Source: Cyanobacteriota bacterium (GTDB taxonomy: Bacteria > Cyanobacteriota > Cyanobacteriia > Thermostichales > Thermostichaceae). From it: 64,000 nucleotides of DNA. Below, in pieces: positions 20,480 through 30,162 of the stretch. Numbering within the stretch: the first letter of the stretch is position 1; every line of letters starts with the position of its first letter. Made by a program: the position numbers and the translations under genes. Location of the stretch: the NCBI GenBank assembly GCA_033764955.1, contig JANRIL010000005.1:133461-197460 (forward strand). The letters run 5' to 3'. The notes under the pieces were generated by a model. That model was given only the letters and a program-made list of their open reading frames with translations. It had not been told where the DNA came from and made no database searches.

Positions 20480-21265
20480 TCAAGGACGAACCACTGGGTT
20501 GGAAGCCAAGGGATGGGGGTCGGGGCTTCGCCATTTGGCGGGGGAAGGACTAGCCAAACCGGACGGAGGGGGGGAGGGGGTCGCCAGACTCGCAAAACAA
20601 TAGCCGACATTGCGAACCGTCTGAATCAGATCCGGTTGCCTGGGATCCACCTCTAGCTTTTTACGCAGGGAGAGGATGTGGGTATCTACGGTGCGGGGGT
20701 TGTCGATCTGTTCGGGCCACGCCCGTTGTAACAACTCTTGTCGCGATAGCGCCATCCCCCCCGCCTGAACCAAAACGTAGAGCAAACTAAACTCTTGGGG
20801 GGTGAGATCAATGCCCTGCTGAGCCTTCGTGACTCGCCGCTGCACCAGATCAATTTTGAGATCGCCATATTGCAGGTAATGGGGAGGCACCGAGCGCAGA
20901 CGGCGGCGGGACAAGGCTTCGATGCGGGCTTGCAAGACTTGCACACTCAAGGGTTTAGCCAAATAATCATCCGCCCCCGCCTGCAATCCGGCTACCAAAT
21001 CAGATTCTCCATTACGGCTAGAGAGCAACATAATTAACAGATCGGAACGACGATGTGCCCAATTACATAACTGCAATCCCGATCGATTGGAGAGATCCGC
21101 ATCCAAAATCAGCAGGTCGATCAATTCCTGTTGCAAAACGTTTTTTGCGTCTCGTAGGGTGTCTGACACCTGTACTCGGTGCCCCACCTGTTGTAGATGC
21201 CAGGAGAGGAGGGAACGCAGATGGGGATTGCCCTCTACTAATAAAATCTGAAGTGCTTGTCCCAT
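20480..21265 (-). CDS. nrrA: OmpR-family response regulator NrrA (Rre37-like)
   Basis: VEGNPHLRSLLSWHLQQ and DLTPQEFSLLYVL..AWP..IDNPRTVDTH are characteristic of cyanobacterial NrrA. Confidence 0.85.
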   Translation of the reverse strand: MGQALQILLVEGNPHLRSLLSWHLQQVGHRVQVSDTLRDAKNVLQQELIDLLILDADLSNRSGLQLCNWAHRRSDLLIMLLSSRNGESDLVAGLQAGADDYLAKPLSVQVLQARIEALSRRRLRSVPPHYLQYGDLKIDLVQRRVTKAQQGIDLTPQEFSLLYVLVQAGGMALSRQELLQRAWPEQIDNPRTVDTHILSLRKKLEVDPRQPDLIQTVRNVGYCFASLATPSPPPSGLASPSPAKWRSPDPHPLASNPVVRP

Positions 21266-21310
21266 GCTTCCCCCACTCGACAACTTATCTAAACAGAGCG
21301 TTCATGCCGT

Positions 21311-21354
21311 AGGTTACTGACTTCCATTACGGACTCGAAAGTTATCTAGAATAC
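21311..21354 (-). promoter_or_regulatory. Candidate NtcA-activated promoter of nrrA
   Basis: Minus strand GTA-TTCTAGAT-AAC (21354-21341), then a TAACCT -10-like hexamer after 24 nt (canonical spacing about 22). Confidence 0.35.
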
Positions 21355-21623
21355 GGACTTGCACAGGAACTTTGCCATTCCTATCGCCAACATGATAGAC
21401 ATCTCTTTGAATAGGAGCAACTCCATTCAAATTTGTCGTGGAGAGGGTTACAACTCAGGTCTATTTCCAAATGACTGAAATGTTTTCTTGGCTACTTTAT
21501 TTCATGCGAGTTCGTCACAATTTCGTCAGCAGGAGTTAGCCAACTGGCTCAACTGCCTTAGTGCCCGTTGAGGGGGTTACCCAATCTCTCTGAACATTGT
21601 CTTGGAGGAGAATTTTTCATAAA

Positions 21624-21696
21624 CGCCTTGCGCCGGACTCGAACCAGCAACCATCGACTTAGAAGGTCGGTGCTCTATCCATTGAGCTAGCAAGGC
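21624..21696 (-). tRNA. trnR: tRNA-Arg(UCU)
   Basis: Reverse complement folds to a cloverleaf: acceptor GCCTTGC/GCAAGGC, D-arm GCTC/GAGC, anticodon loop CT-TCT-AA, T-loop TTCGAGT; CCA not encoded. Confidence 0.95.
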
Positions 21697-22015
21697 TGGA
21701 CTTTATGGTCAGACATCATTATAGACCGATGGGCATAGGAGATGAGCGGGGGGCTATCGGGCATGGTTGATCCCAATTCTTGCCAAAGCAGGGATCCCCA
21801 AATCACTGACCAGCAAAAGACCGAGGATGCTGCTGGATTCCCTGAATATTCAGCCATTTGTCGGAGGGTTTCTACGCGCTCTGGCGGCCAATCCCCATAA
21901 AGCTTTAGGGAAACCTGCGTTTATGCGGAGAGAGGATGCGCCATTTCTCTGACGCTGGGGGAGGGGATCCCTGGGGACAATCAAAAGTGTAGAAGAGTTG
22001 GCAGGATGTTGAGTC

Positions 22016-22225
22016 ATGAGCATTCGAGAGATTGCTGAGCAAGTTTTTCAAACAGGACGACTGAACCATACCCAAGAGGGAGAACTCTACCAGTTGTTTG
22101 AAAAATGCCAAGCAGATGAGTCCGATATGCAGGCGGCTGACCAACTGATCCATGCCTTGCTGGATGGAGAAGTTGTGCGGGAATGGGGTCCTCCTTACGA
22201 ATGCAACCCTTACCGGATGGCCTAA
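22016..22225 (+). CDS. Small conserved cyanobacterial hypothetical protein
   Basis: 69 aa; aligns by eye with the ORF at 62157-62372. Confidence 0.7.
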   Translation: MSIREIAEQVFQTGRLNHTQEGELYQLFEKCQADESDMQAADQLIHALLDGEVVREWGPPYECNPYRMA

Positions 22226-22320
22226 TCCCTTGATCAAAAAATGGCATCCCTGGATCAGGATCCGCGGATGGGGAGAGGGCTGATACACTCACAGAATAAA
22301 GCCCGCCAAGGATCAGTGCT

Positions 22321-22608
22321 ATGCCCATCACGCCTGACTTTACCTTTCCCTTTGAACAGCAGCAGAAAGCTTCTTTGCACAACCCGACTGTGGTTAGCCA
22401 AGGGCTAGCAAAACGAGAATTTTTTGTGGCACTCACCCTGCAAGCGATTTTGTCCAACCCCCAGGTGAGTCCGGCGCAATTTGCGGATCCCGAGCAACGG
22501 CAGATTTTGATCAGCACCGCTATTCTGCTTGCCGATGAAACATTACAGGCCATGCAAGGTTTGGTAGCCGTAGCCGAAGAAACAGATGCTGCCTATGCCG
22601 CCAACTAA
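22321..22608 (+). CDS. Hypothetical protein resembling a phage-associated small-protein family
   Basis: FP...GLAKREFF.A..LQAILSN...A..LADE pattern. Confidence 0.6.
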   Translation: MPITPDFTFPFEQQQKASLHNPTVVSQGLAKREFFVALTLQAILSNPQVSPAQFADPEQRQILISTAILLADETLQAMQGLVAVAEETDAAYAAN

Positions 22609-22701
22609 CAGCACTTTTATACTCTGAGCCTAAATCGTCTTGAATCCACGGAGAGTAGAGAATGAGCGATTACGATAGGGGAGTGGGCATTGTGTTAGTT
22701 C

Positions 22702-23358
22702 ATGAACAAACTTTTTCTGGCAATGGCGGAGGGAACCAGTGCGTTTGCGGCAACTAATATAGATGACCTGATGATTTTGCTGCTATTTTTTGCTCAAACC
22801 AACGCGGCCTTTCGCTCATGTCATGTCGTTATAGGTTCTTATTGGGGATTTGCTGTCCTAGTTACCTTCAGCTTAGTCGGTTTTTGGGGCGGGTTAGTCG
22901 TGTCTTCAGCTTGGCTTGGTTTGTTGGGGCTTTTGCCAATCATTTTGGGTATCAAAAAACTTATCCAGCCAGAACCAGAAAACACACAACCTCAAGAGAT
23001 CATCAATGACATTTCTAGCCGATCCAATTCCCCTCCATTGATAGCAGGGGCACTCCAATGGCTTCATCCCCAAACCTATCAGGTCGCCACCGTCACCGTT
23101 GCCAATGGCGGTGACAATATAGGGGTTTATATTCCATTGTTTGCTGCAAGCGATGCGGCCACCCTGGGAGTGCTTCTGATTGTCTTTTTTCTGTTGAAAG
23201 GTGCCTGGTGTTATGCCGCCTATCGATTGATCCAAAATCCCAATATTGCGTGTGTCTTAACTCGATATGGTCATTCCGTTGTGCCATTTCTTCTCATTGG
23301 ATTGGGGCTATTGATTCTGTGGAAGAACGGTACATTGAAGGTATTGATCAGGAGTTGA
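22702..23358 (+). CDS. Cadmium resistance transporter (CadD family)
   Basis: FAATNIDD and VTVANGGDNIGVYIPLFA signatures. Confidence 0.9.
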   Translation: MNKLFLAMAEGTSAFAATNIDDLMILLLFFAQTNAAFRSCHVVIGSYWGFAVLVTFSLVGFWGGLVVSSAWLGLLGLLPIILGIKKLIQPEPENTQPQEIINDISSRSNSPPLIAGALQWLHPQTYQVATVTVANGGDNIGVYIPLFAASDAATLGVLLIVFFLLKGAWCYAAYRLIQNPNIACVLTRYGHSVVPFLLIGLGLLILWKNGTLKVLIRS

Positions 23359-23386
23359 TCAACACTTGATCGGCTCGTTTGCTAGG

Positions 23387-24841
23387 CTAATCATTCTCAT
23401 CCAGCGGACGAGCGGACGTTTCGTGGCCTTCTCCCGTGCTAGCCAGGTTGAGGGATCCCTGGGTAATGGCTGAAGGAACCACAGGCCAAGGGGCAGTGAT
23501 CAGTGCCACCCCCAACCACCACAGCATTTGCACCTGGGGGCGATACCAAACCGTGTCTACGAATCCATGTACGGCCATCCCCAGGCTTGCCGCTAGTCCG
23601 GCAGCCACCCACCAGGCTTGTGGATGACGTTGTTGCCATAACCCTACCCACGTCTGCCAACCCTGTACCCCTAACGTGATCACAAACCAGGAAAAACTCA
23701 AGATCCCCAAAAGACCGGACTCTAGGGTGATCTCCAAAGGTACCGAATAGGCTCCCAGGGCGCTGTAGTTGCCCTGTTGATAGAGGGGGTAAACACGGTT
23801 AAAGGCATCATTGCCGGGGCCAATCCCCAAGAGGGGAAAGTCGCCAATCATGCGTAAACAGGCCATCCAGACATTCAGACGAAAATTGTTGCTGGTATCA
23901 TTAGCTCCGGCAAAAATGCTGAGAAAGCGGAGGCGAAGCGGCTCAACTGTCCATATCCCCACCGCCAAAACCAGCAGGGATCCCGTCAACAGAGCAGGAA
24001 TTGTCCAGCGCCGCCACCGCACGGGCAGATAGGGGTTAATCCACTGCACCATCAAGATGCCCATCAGACCCAAGCCGGCTAATCCCCCCAACCAGGCTCC
24101 CCGACTCAGACTCCGCACCAGACAAAAGGCGTTCATCCCCGTGATCAGCAAGGCCAAGAATTGGCACCCCCAGCCTCGCCAGGAAATGATAGCCGCCAAC
24201 CCCCACGGCAAAAGGGGAACCAAAAACCCACCATACAAGTTTGGGTTTTGCAGGAAGCTATAGACACGGGTTACCCCTGCCACACCCGATTCGGGATCCA
24301 CCCAGGTGGCGAGGTCGGCGGCTCCATAAAAGTATTGGCGGATCCCGTAGACCGCCATCCAGAGACTAACCAGGAGAGTGACTCCGATCAGGGGGGAGCG
24401 GGCAGAGGGGCGGCGCAGGATTTGGTGCAACAGCAGAAAGCCCAAAAGATAGAGGGTTAGCTTCAGCCACCCATCACGAGCAACATAGGCAACCGGGGAG
24501 AGGAGGGTCGCCAGGGTGGCAATTCCCCAGTAGACAGCCAGGGGCAGATGCACGGGAGTCACATCCAACCCACGGGTGAGCCACTGCACCCCCAAAAGCC
24601 CCGCCATAGCCAGTAACACCAACCCCAGAGGGGCAGTAGCCGCTTGGGAAGCCAGAACAAAATAAAGACAAGCCACCAGGAAACAAAAGGGTTCAAAAGC
24701 GGGCATCAACCAACTGGCTACAGCCCATGGCTGCAAACGTCCCGCCAATCGGCCCAGGACACTAACCCGCCAACTGGCGGATAGGGCTTCTGCCTGCTCA
24801 AGGGATCCCTCTGCCCCCAGCCATTTTTGCCATGCTGTCAT
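23387..24841 (-). CDS. ictB: IctB family O-antigen-ligase-like membrane protein
   Basis: LATWVDPES, RVYSFLQNPNL, DTSNNFRLNVW, GIGPGNDAFN, DTVWYRPQV. Confidence 0.9.
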   Translation of the reverse strand: MTAWQKWLGAEGSLEQAEALSASWRVSVLGRLAGRLQPWAVASWLMPAFEPFCFLVACLYFVLASQAATAPLGLVLLAMAGLLGVQWLTRGLDVTPVHLPLAVYWGIATLATLLSPVAYVARDGWLKLTLYLLGFLLLHQILRRPSARSPLIGVTLLVSLWMAVYGIRQYFYGAADLATWVDPESGVAGVTRVYSFLQNPNLYGGFLVPLLPWGLAAIISWRGWGCQFLALLITGMNAFCLVRSLSRGAWLGGLAGLGLMGILMVQWINPYLPVRWRRWTIPALLTGSLLVLAVGIWTVEPLRLRFLSIFAGANDTSNNFRLNVWMACLRMIGDFPLLGIGPGNDAFNRVYPLYQQGNYSALGAYSVPLEITLESGLLGILSFSWFVITLGVQGWQTWVGLWQQRHPQAWWVAAGLAASLGMAVHGFVDTVWYRPQVQMLWWLGVALITAPWPVVPSAITQGSLNLASTGEGHETSARPLDEND

Positions 24842-24919
24842 CGCCACCTCAACCCCACCTGAAATCAAAAATCACATTGCTTTTTGCGCTGCCTTGGCTC
24901 TGAAAAATCTAGGGATTCC

Positions 24920-25210
24920 CTAACACAATTGGGGGTGCATCCGGCGATAAATCATGGGGCAAGCGGGGATCCCCGCTTCCACCTGCTGCCGAATTAAGAA
25001 CGGGATCTCCACCGGCTGCACTCGTTCGTACCAGATCGGTTCGCTGCCGATCAAGACCATTGGCCCATGCCCACACTGCCCTAAACAACCCGATGCCTCA
25101 ATCTGCAATCGATGGTCAGCCAGTTCTCTAAACGTAGCTAGCACTTGCCGGGATCCCTGCTGCCGACAACAGCGACCCTGACACACCAAAACGGAAACCG
25201 TATCCAGCAT
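24920..25210 (-). CDS. Thioredoxin-like (2Fe-2S) ferredoxin
   Basis: VLVCQGRCC...GCLGQCGHGPMV..WY..V motif. Confidence 0.85.
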   Translation of the reverse strand: MLDTVSVLVCQGRCCRQQGSRQVLATFRELADHRLQIEASGCLGQCGHGPMVLIGSEPIWYERVQPVEIPFLIRQQVEAGIPACPMIYRRMHPQLC

Positions 25211-25238
25211 AGGGATCCCTCAAGCAAGTGGACGCTAC

Positions 25239-26027
25239 CTAGCCTAAGCTTAAGAACCTCTCCAGATCATGGGTGATAGCTGGCGGCCAGCGCCGAATGG
25301 TTTTGACCCACTCCAGATCTTGATAGCGGGGATCCAATCCCATGACCGCCACCCAGTGACTTTCGGCTTCCCCGACTTTATGTTCCGCCCAGAGAATGGC
25401 CGTCAGGGCGGCTCGCACATCGGCAAATTTCGGATACTTCCTGAGCAACTGCTTCATCTCTCGCACCGCGGCTGGGGATTGACCCAGTTGATAAAGCATC
25501 AGGGCATGATTAGCTTGCGCAAAAGCAAACTGAGGATCCTGTTGCATAGCCTCTTGATAGTCAGCCAGGGATCCCGACCAATCCGCCAAGCCCGCCTTGG
25601 CATTGCCACGATTATTCAAAGCTGCCGCATCCTGAGGATTGAGTTGCAGCACATGGTCATAATCGGCAATCGCCTGCTGCCATTGACCCAACCCTTCCCA
25701 GGCCGCTCCCCGATTTAGATAGGGATCCGTAGCCTGGGGAGCCAACCGTATCGCCTCGGCATAGTCGGTGAGTGCCTCCGTTAACTTATGCTGGCTGACC
25801 CGCGCATTGCCACGATTGCTCCAGATGGCTGGATTTTGAGGATCCTGTTCCAGCAGTTGTGTCCAATATCCTTCGGCGGTGGCAAAATCTCCTTGCTCTG
25901 TCGCCGCCAACGCCTGATCAATTAAGGCGTCAAACCCAAGGGATCCCCCATCGGCAGCAACAACCGACGGTGACAGGCACAAGAGCAAACAAAGACTCAG
26001 CCAACAACTTAACCAAAATCGCACCAT
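25239..26027 (-). CDS. Exported tetratricopeptide repeat protein
   Basis: Signal-peptide-like N-terminus, NRG-type TPRs, conserved RRWPP C-terminus. Confidence 0.85.
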   Translation of the reverse strand: MVRFWLSCWLSLCLLLCLSPSVVAADGGSLGFDALIDQALAATEQGDFATAEGYWTQLLEQDPQNPAIWSNRGNARVSQHKLTEALTDYAEAIRLAPQATDPYLNRGAAWEGLGQWQQAIADYDHVLQLNPQDAAALNNRGNAKAGLADWSGSLADYQEAMQQDPQFAFAQANHALMLYQLGQSPAAVREMKQLLRKYPKFADVRAALTAILWAEHKVGEAESHWVAVMGLDPRYQDLEWVKTIRRWPPAITHDLERFLSLG

Positions 26028-26222
26028 GATCAGCCAATCCTCACAATCAACTGGGGTAGGTAAAAAACACCCCCGCCGGGGATCCCCCCATCATCCTAAT
26101 CCCCACCCATACCCAGACGGAGATGAAGACCAACAAGAAGGTCGGGAAGGATCAAGCTGGACTTGCTCCCGAACAAGTGTCAAAATAAATATACGGTATC
26201 TCCATCGGGATAGGCGAGATTC

Positions 26223-26708
26223 ATGGCTATACAATTCACCTCCCAACATCTGTCTGCGATCCGGCGGCATGGTGAGCGGGCGTTTCCCTATGAGTGTTGT
26301 GGGTTGCTGCTGGGGGAATGGCGGCGAGACGGTAAAATCATTCACGAATTATGGCAGGTGGAGAATACCTGGGACGGAGCTGAGAACCCCGTGGCCGATG
26401 GAGAATCGAGTCAACGCCGTTTTTTGATCGATCCCCTCGATTTTAAGCGGGGACATGACTACGCTCATGCCAAGGGTTGGGGAGTGGTCGGCACCTATCA
26501 CTCTCACCCCAATCATCCCGCCCATCCTTCCGAATTTGATCGGCAACATGCCTTCCCTTGGGGCTTATCCTGTGTGATTGTCAGTGTGATGGCCGGAGAA
26601 GCCACTGAACTTTACAGTTGGATTCTCAATGATGCTGATCAGCCAGAAATAGAGCCACTCACGCTTCAACAACCGATGGAGCAACCCCAACTCACCGCCA
26701 TCCTCTAA
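26223..26708 (+). CDS. JAB/Mov34 (M67) metalloprotease
   Basis: PYECCGLL...YHSHPNHPAHPSEFD JAMM motif. Confidence 0.9.
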   Translation: MAIQFTSQHLSAIRRHGERAFPYECCGLLLGEWRRDGKIIHELWQVENTWDGAENPVADGESSQRRFLIDPLDFKRGHDYAHAKGWGVVGTYHSHPNHPAHPSEFDRQHAFPWGLSCVIVSVMAGEATELYSWILNDADQPEIEPLTLQQPMEQPQLTAIL

Positions 26709-26840
26709 CCTGTTCCTCTGCTCTACCCTTCATTCCAACGATCAATAACAATCAATAAGGCTCAATCTCTTTCTGGTTAGCGACCTGCTGACTTTGATTC
26801 GATTCTGACCCATGTTTTTGTCCTTTCTCCCCGTTTTCCT

Positions 26841-27125
26841 ATGTCTGTGACTGTTCTGATCCCCGCCCCCTTGCGTCCCTATACCGATCATGCCGAGACT
26901 GTAGAAATTGAGGGTCATAGCGTCGGTGAAGTGATGACGAACCTGATTGAACGCTATAGCGATCTGAAGCGCCATCTCTACAGCGAAGCCGGCCAATTAC
27001 GCAACTTTGTCAATGTCTATTTGGGGGATGAAGACATTCGTCACCTAGAGCAGGGAGAAGCTACCCCTGTTCCTGACAAAGCCACGATTAGCATCGTTCC
27101 TTCAATCGCCGGAGGCTTAGCCTAG
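26841..27125 (+). CDS. MoaD/ThiS family ubiquitin-like sulfur carrier
   Basis: IPAPLR..., FVNVY, IVPSIAGG-LA C-terminus. Confidence 0.9.
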   Translation: MSVTVLIPAPLRPYTDHAETVEIEGHSVGEVMTNLIERYSDLKRHLYSEAGQLRNFVNVYLGDEDIRHLEQGEATPVPDKATISIVPSIAGGLA

Positions 27126-27126
27126 T

Positions 27127-28296
27127 ATGTTAAATCTTGATACCAGCCATGTGCAATTGTCGCGGGATGAGATGGAGCGGTTTTCTCGCCATCTGATCTT
27201 GCCGGAGGTGGGGATCGAGGGGCAAAAACGCCTGAAAGCAGGCCGTGTATTGTGCATCGGTTCTGGCGGATTGGGATCCCCGTTGTTGCTTTATTTGGCG
27301 GCGGCGGGGGTGGGGCGAATTGGCCTGGTGGATTTTGATGTGGTGGATGTTTCCAACCTGCAACGGCAGATTATTCACGGCACTGCTTGGGTGAATAAGC
27401 CGAAGATTGAGTCCGCCAAACAACGGATTTTGGACATCAATCCCTACTGCCAGGTGGATCTCTACGAAACTCGCCTGGAAGCCAGCAACGCCCTCGCTAT
27501 CTTCGGGGATTATGACGTCGTGGTGGATGGCACCGATAACTTTCCTACCCGCTATCTGGTCAATGATGCCTGTGTCTTGACGGGTAAGCCCAATGTTTAT
27601 GGCTCGATCTTTCGTTTTGAAGGACAGGCCACCGTCTTTAACTACGAAGATGGCCCCAACTACCGCGATCTCTATCCCGAACCGCCCCCTCCTGGCTTAG
27701 TTCCCTCCTGCGCCGAGGGGGGAGTTTTGGGCATCCTACCGGGGATTATCGGGGTGATTCAAGCCACCGAAACGGTGAAAATTCTCTTGGGGAAAGGAAC
27801 CACCCTGAGCGGGCGGCTGTTGCTCTACGATGCCCTAAAAATGAGTTTCCGTGAGCTAAAACTCCGCAAAAATCCGGCCACTCCCCCCATCACTGGGCTG
27901 ATCGACTATGAGCAGTTTTGTGGGATCCCTCAGGCCACAGCGGCAGATTCCGCCAGCCAATCGGGTTTGGTGGAGATCAGTCCGGCTCAGCTCAAAGAAC
28001 GGATGGAGGCGGGCAAAGATTTTGTCTTGGTGGATGTGCGGAACCCCAATGAGTTTGAGATTGCTCGCATCCCTGGATCCCATCTCATCCCCTTGCCGGA
28101 TATTGAAAACGGCGATGGTGTGGCGCGGGTACGGCAACTGATGAATGGCTCGGAACTGATCGTTCACTGTAAGAGCGGGATGCGCTCCGCCAAAGCTCTA
28201 GGCATTCTCAAGGAAGCAGGTATCGAGGGCAAAAATCTGCAAGGCGGGATCCTCGCCTGGGGAAACGCCTACGACCCCACTATCCCCAACTATTGA
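27127..28296 (+). CDS. moeB: MoeB/ThiF adenylyltransferase with rhodanese domain (MoeZ-like)
   Basis: GSGGLG, DFDVVDVSNLQRQ, DGTDNFPTRY, PSCAEGG; rhodanese HCKSGMRS. Confidence 0.92.
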   Translation: MLNLDTSHVQLSRDEMERFSRHLILPEVGIEGQKRLKAGRVLCIGSGGLGSPLLLYLAAAGVGRIGLVDFDVVDVSNLQRQIIHGTAWVNKPKIESAKQRILDINPYCQVDLYETRLEASNALAIFGDYDVVVDGTDNFPTRYLVNDACVLTGKPNVYGSIFRFEGQATVFNYEDGPNYRDLYPEPPPPGLVPSCAEGGVLGILPGIIGVIQATETVKILLGKGTTLSGRLLLYDALKMSFRELKLRKNPATPPITGLIDYEQFCGIPQATAADSASQSGLVEISPAQLKERMEAGKDFVLVDVRNPNEFEIARIPGSHLIPLPDIENGDGVARVRQLMNGSELIVHCKSGMRSAKALGILKEAGIEGKNLQGGILAWGNAYDPTIPNY

Positions 28297-28406
28297 TGGA
28301 CGCCGCCCAATCGGGAACTGTCGAATCCTCAATCTCCCCACGGCATCCTCGTCTTTTGTGGATGCCGTGGGGGGCTTTTAGTGGGGGATGGTTTAGCCCT
28401 CCTCAA

Positions 28407-29582
28407 TCAAAGAGCCAAAAACTGCTGACAGCCCTCCAGCAATCGCTGATGATCCCCAATGGTACGTACTGCCACCCGAAAGTAATGGGATCCCAACCCA
28501 GAAAAACTGGTACAGTCGCGGATCAAGATCTGCTGGGTTTGCAGGAGAAACCGTTGTAGTTCCAAACTGCTGGCCGAAGTATGGGTGAGAATAAAGTTGG
28601 CCGAACTGGCTAAAGGTCGGCATCCAGGGAGCTGCGCTAGTCCTGCATAAAGATGTTGCCGCGCCGATGGGATCCAATCGTAGGTTTGTTGTTGATAGGC
28701 ATGATCCGCCAGGGCAGCCTGGGCGGCAATCGTAGCTAGCCCATTCACACTCCAGGGATCCCGCCACTGTTGCCAGCGTTGCCAAATAGCCGGATGCCCG
28801 ACCGCAAAACCAATTCGCAAACCCGCTAGAGCATAAAACTTGGTTAGGGAACGAACCACAATCAGTTGAGGGAAATGGGGTACATCCTGCAGCAGACTTT
28901 GGCTGGATCCCCTGGCGTTGCCTCTTGGGGCAGGCGGCAAAAAATCCATAAAGGCTTCATCCACTACCACCCGTTCAAACAGAGGGATCAGGGGTAAGAT
29001 CTCCTCTCGCCGCCAGAGGTATCCGGTAGGATTGTGGGGATTATTCAGCCAAAGGGTGCGGCTGAGGGGGGCAGACTTCAGCCAGGGATCCAAGAGATCT
29101 GACAACGAACCAACTGGGTGGGATCCCGCCAGCCAATTAAGGGGAAGGAGAACCACGGAAGCCCCAGCAGACAAGAGGGCACGCTGATAATCGGGGAAAG
29201 CGGGTACGGGTAAAACCGTTGCCTGAGTTTGAGCTGCTTCTCGAGCCGCCCAGGTTAAAAGTTCCGCCGCCCCATTGCCGACGATCAGCCAGTCGGGATC
29301 CACCCCATAAAAGTCGGATAGTGCCTGTCGTAACAGGCAGGAGGAGGGATCCGGATAAAGGGAAACCGCCGCCGCTAGAGGATCTGCCAAAGCTTTTTGC
29401 AGGGCTTGCCGCACCGAGTCAGGAAGGCCAAAGGGATTGAGGTTAGCCGAAAAATCAAGAATTGCGCTGGCAGAACAATGGGCTAGTTGAGCCGCCCAAT
29501 CCCGATTCCCCCCGTGGCGAGGGGGCAGAGGAGCTTTTTCTGGGTCACGTTGGCTATCCCAATGGGTTGACAATGAGGGCAA
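28407..29582 (-). CDS. cobD: Threonine-phosphate decarboxylase (cobalamin synthesis)
   Basis: HGGN, LDFSANLNP, NNPHNPTG, DEAFMDF, RSLTKFY..GLR. Confidence 0.85.
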   Translation of the reverse strand: MPSLSTHWDSQRDPEKAPLPPRHGGNRDWAAQLAHCSASAILDFSANLNPFGLPDSVRQALQKALADPLAAAVSLYPDPSSCLLRQALSDFYGVDPDWLIVGNGAAELLTWAAREAAQTQATVLPVPAFPDYQRALLSAGASVVLLPLNWLAGSHPVGSLSDLLDPWLKSAPLSRTLWLNNPHNPTGYLWRREEILPLIPLFERVVVDEAFMDFLPPAPRGNARGSSQSLLQDVPHFPQLIVVRSLTKFYALAGLRIGFAVGHPAIWQRWQQWRDPWSVNGLATIAAQAALADHAYQQQTYDWIPSARQHLYAGLAQLPGCRPLASSANFILTHTSASSLELQRFLLQTQQILIRDCTSFSGLGSHYFRVAVRTIGDHQRLLEGCQQFLAL

Positions 29583-29624
29583 GAGGGGATCCCGATGGTG
29601 AGGCGAAGAGCTAAAGTCAGCGAT

Positions 29625-29915
29625 CTACTCTTTCCCAGCCGACTCGCCAACGGCATCCCGAAAGGACTTGCCAGCGGTGAAGGCGGGCACCACACTGGCG
29701 GGAATCTTCATTTTTTCGTTGGTCTTGGGGTTGCGGCCTTCCCGCTCTTTGCGCTGGCGTGACTCAAAGGAGCCAAATCCAACCAAAGTGACTTTTTGGT
29801 GGCTAGCCACCGTTTCCACAATAATGTCAAGTGCCGCAGATAGGACGGCATCGGCTTCTTTTTTGGTGACACTGGCACGGTGAGCCACGGCATCAACGAG
29901 TTCGGCTTTATTCAT
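29625..29915 (-). CDS. hup: DNA-binding protein HU
   Basis: MNKAELV, VTLVGFGSF, GRNPKT. Confidence 0.95.
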   Translation of the reverse strand: MNKAELVDAVAHRASVTKKEADAVLSAALDIIVETVASHQKVTLVGFGSFESRQRKEREGRNPKTNEKMKIPASVVPAFTAGKSFRDAVGESAGKE

Positions 29916-30162
29916 CCTGATCTCCTCATCGGTTGGCAATAAGCAGTTGAGATGGGCAGCCCCTCAATGGCGAGTACACTATCCAAATCACTGACATATT
30001 CTACAGCTAGTTGACGTGAAATGCCCTCGCAGACGGGATTTAAGCCGATCAAATCCAATTTTTTTGGGCAATTTAGCCAGATTTAAGTAGTTAATCGTGT
30101 TTTTCTATACCTAAATCCAGGATCTCTCCCCGCAAGAATCCTGGGATGAGGGGATCCCTACC

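Noticed and set aside
21624..23358. Prophage or island integrated at tRNA-Arg
   Set aside because: No integrase or duplicated tRNA 3' end seen; the accessory genes lie on the 5' side
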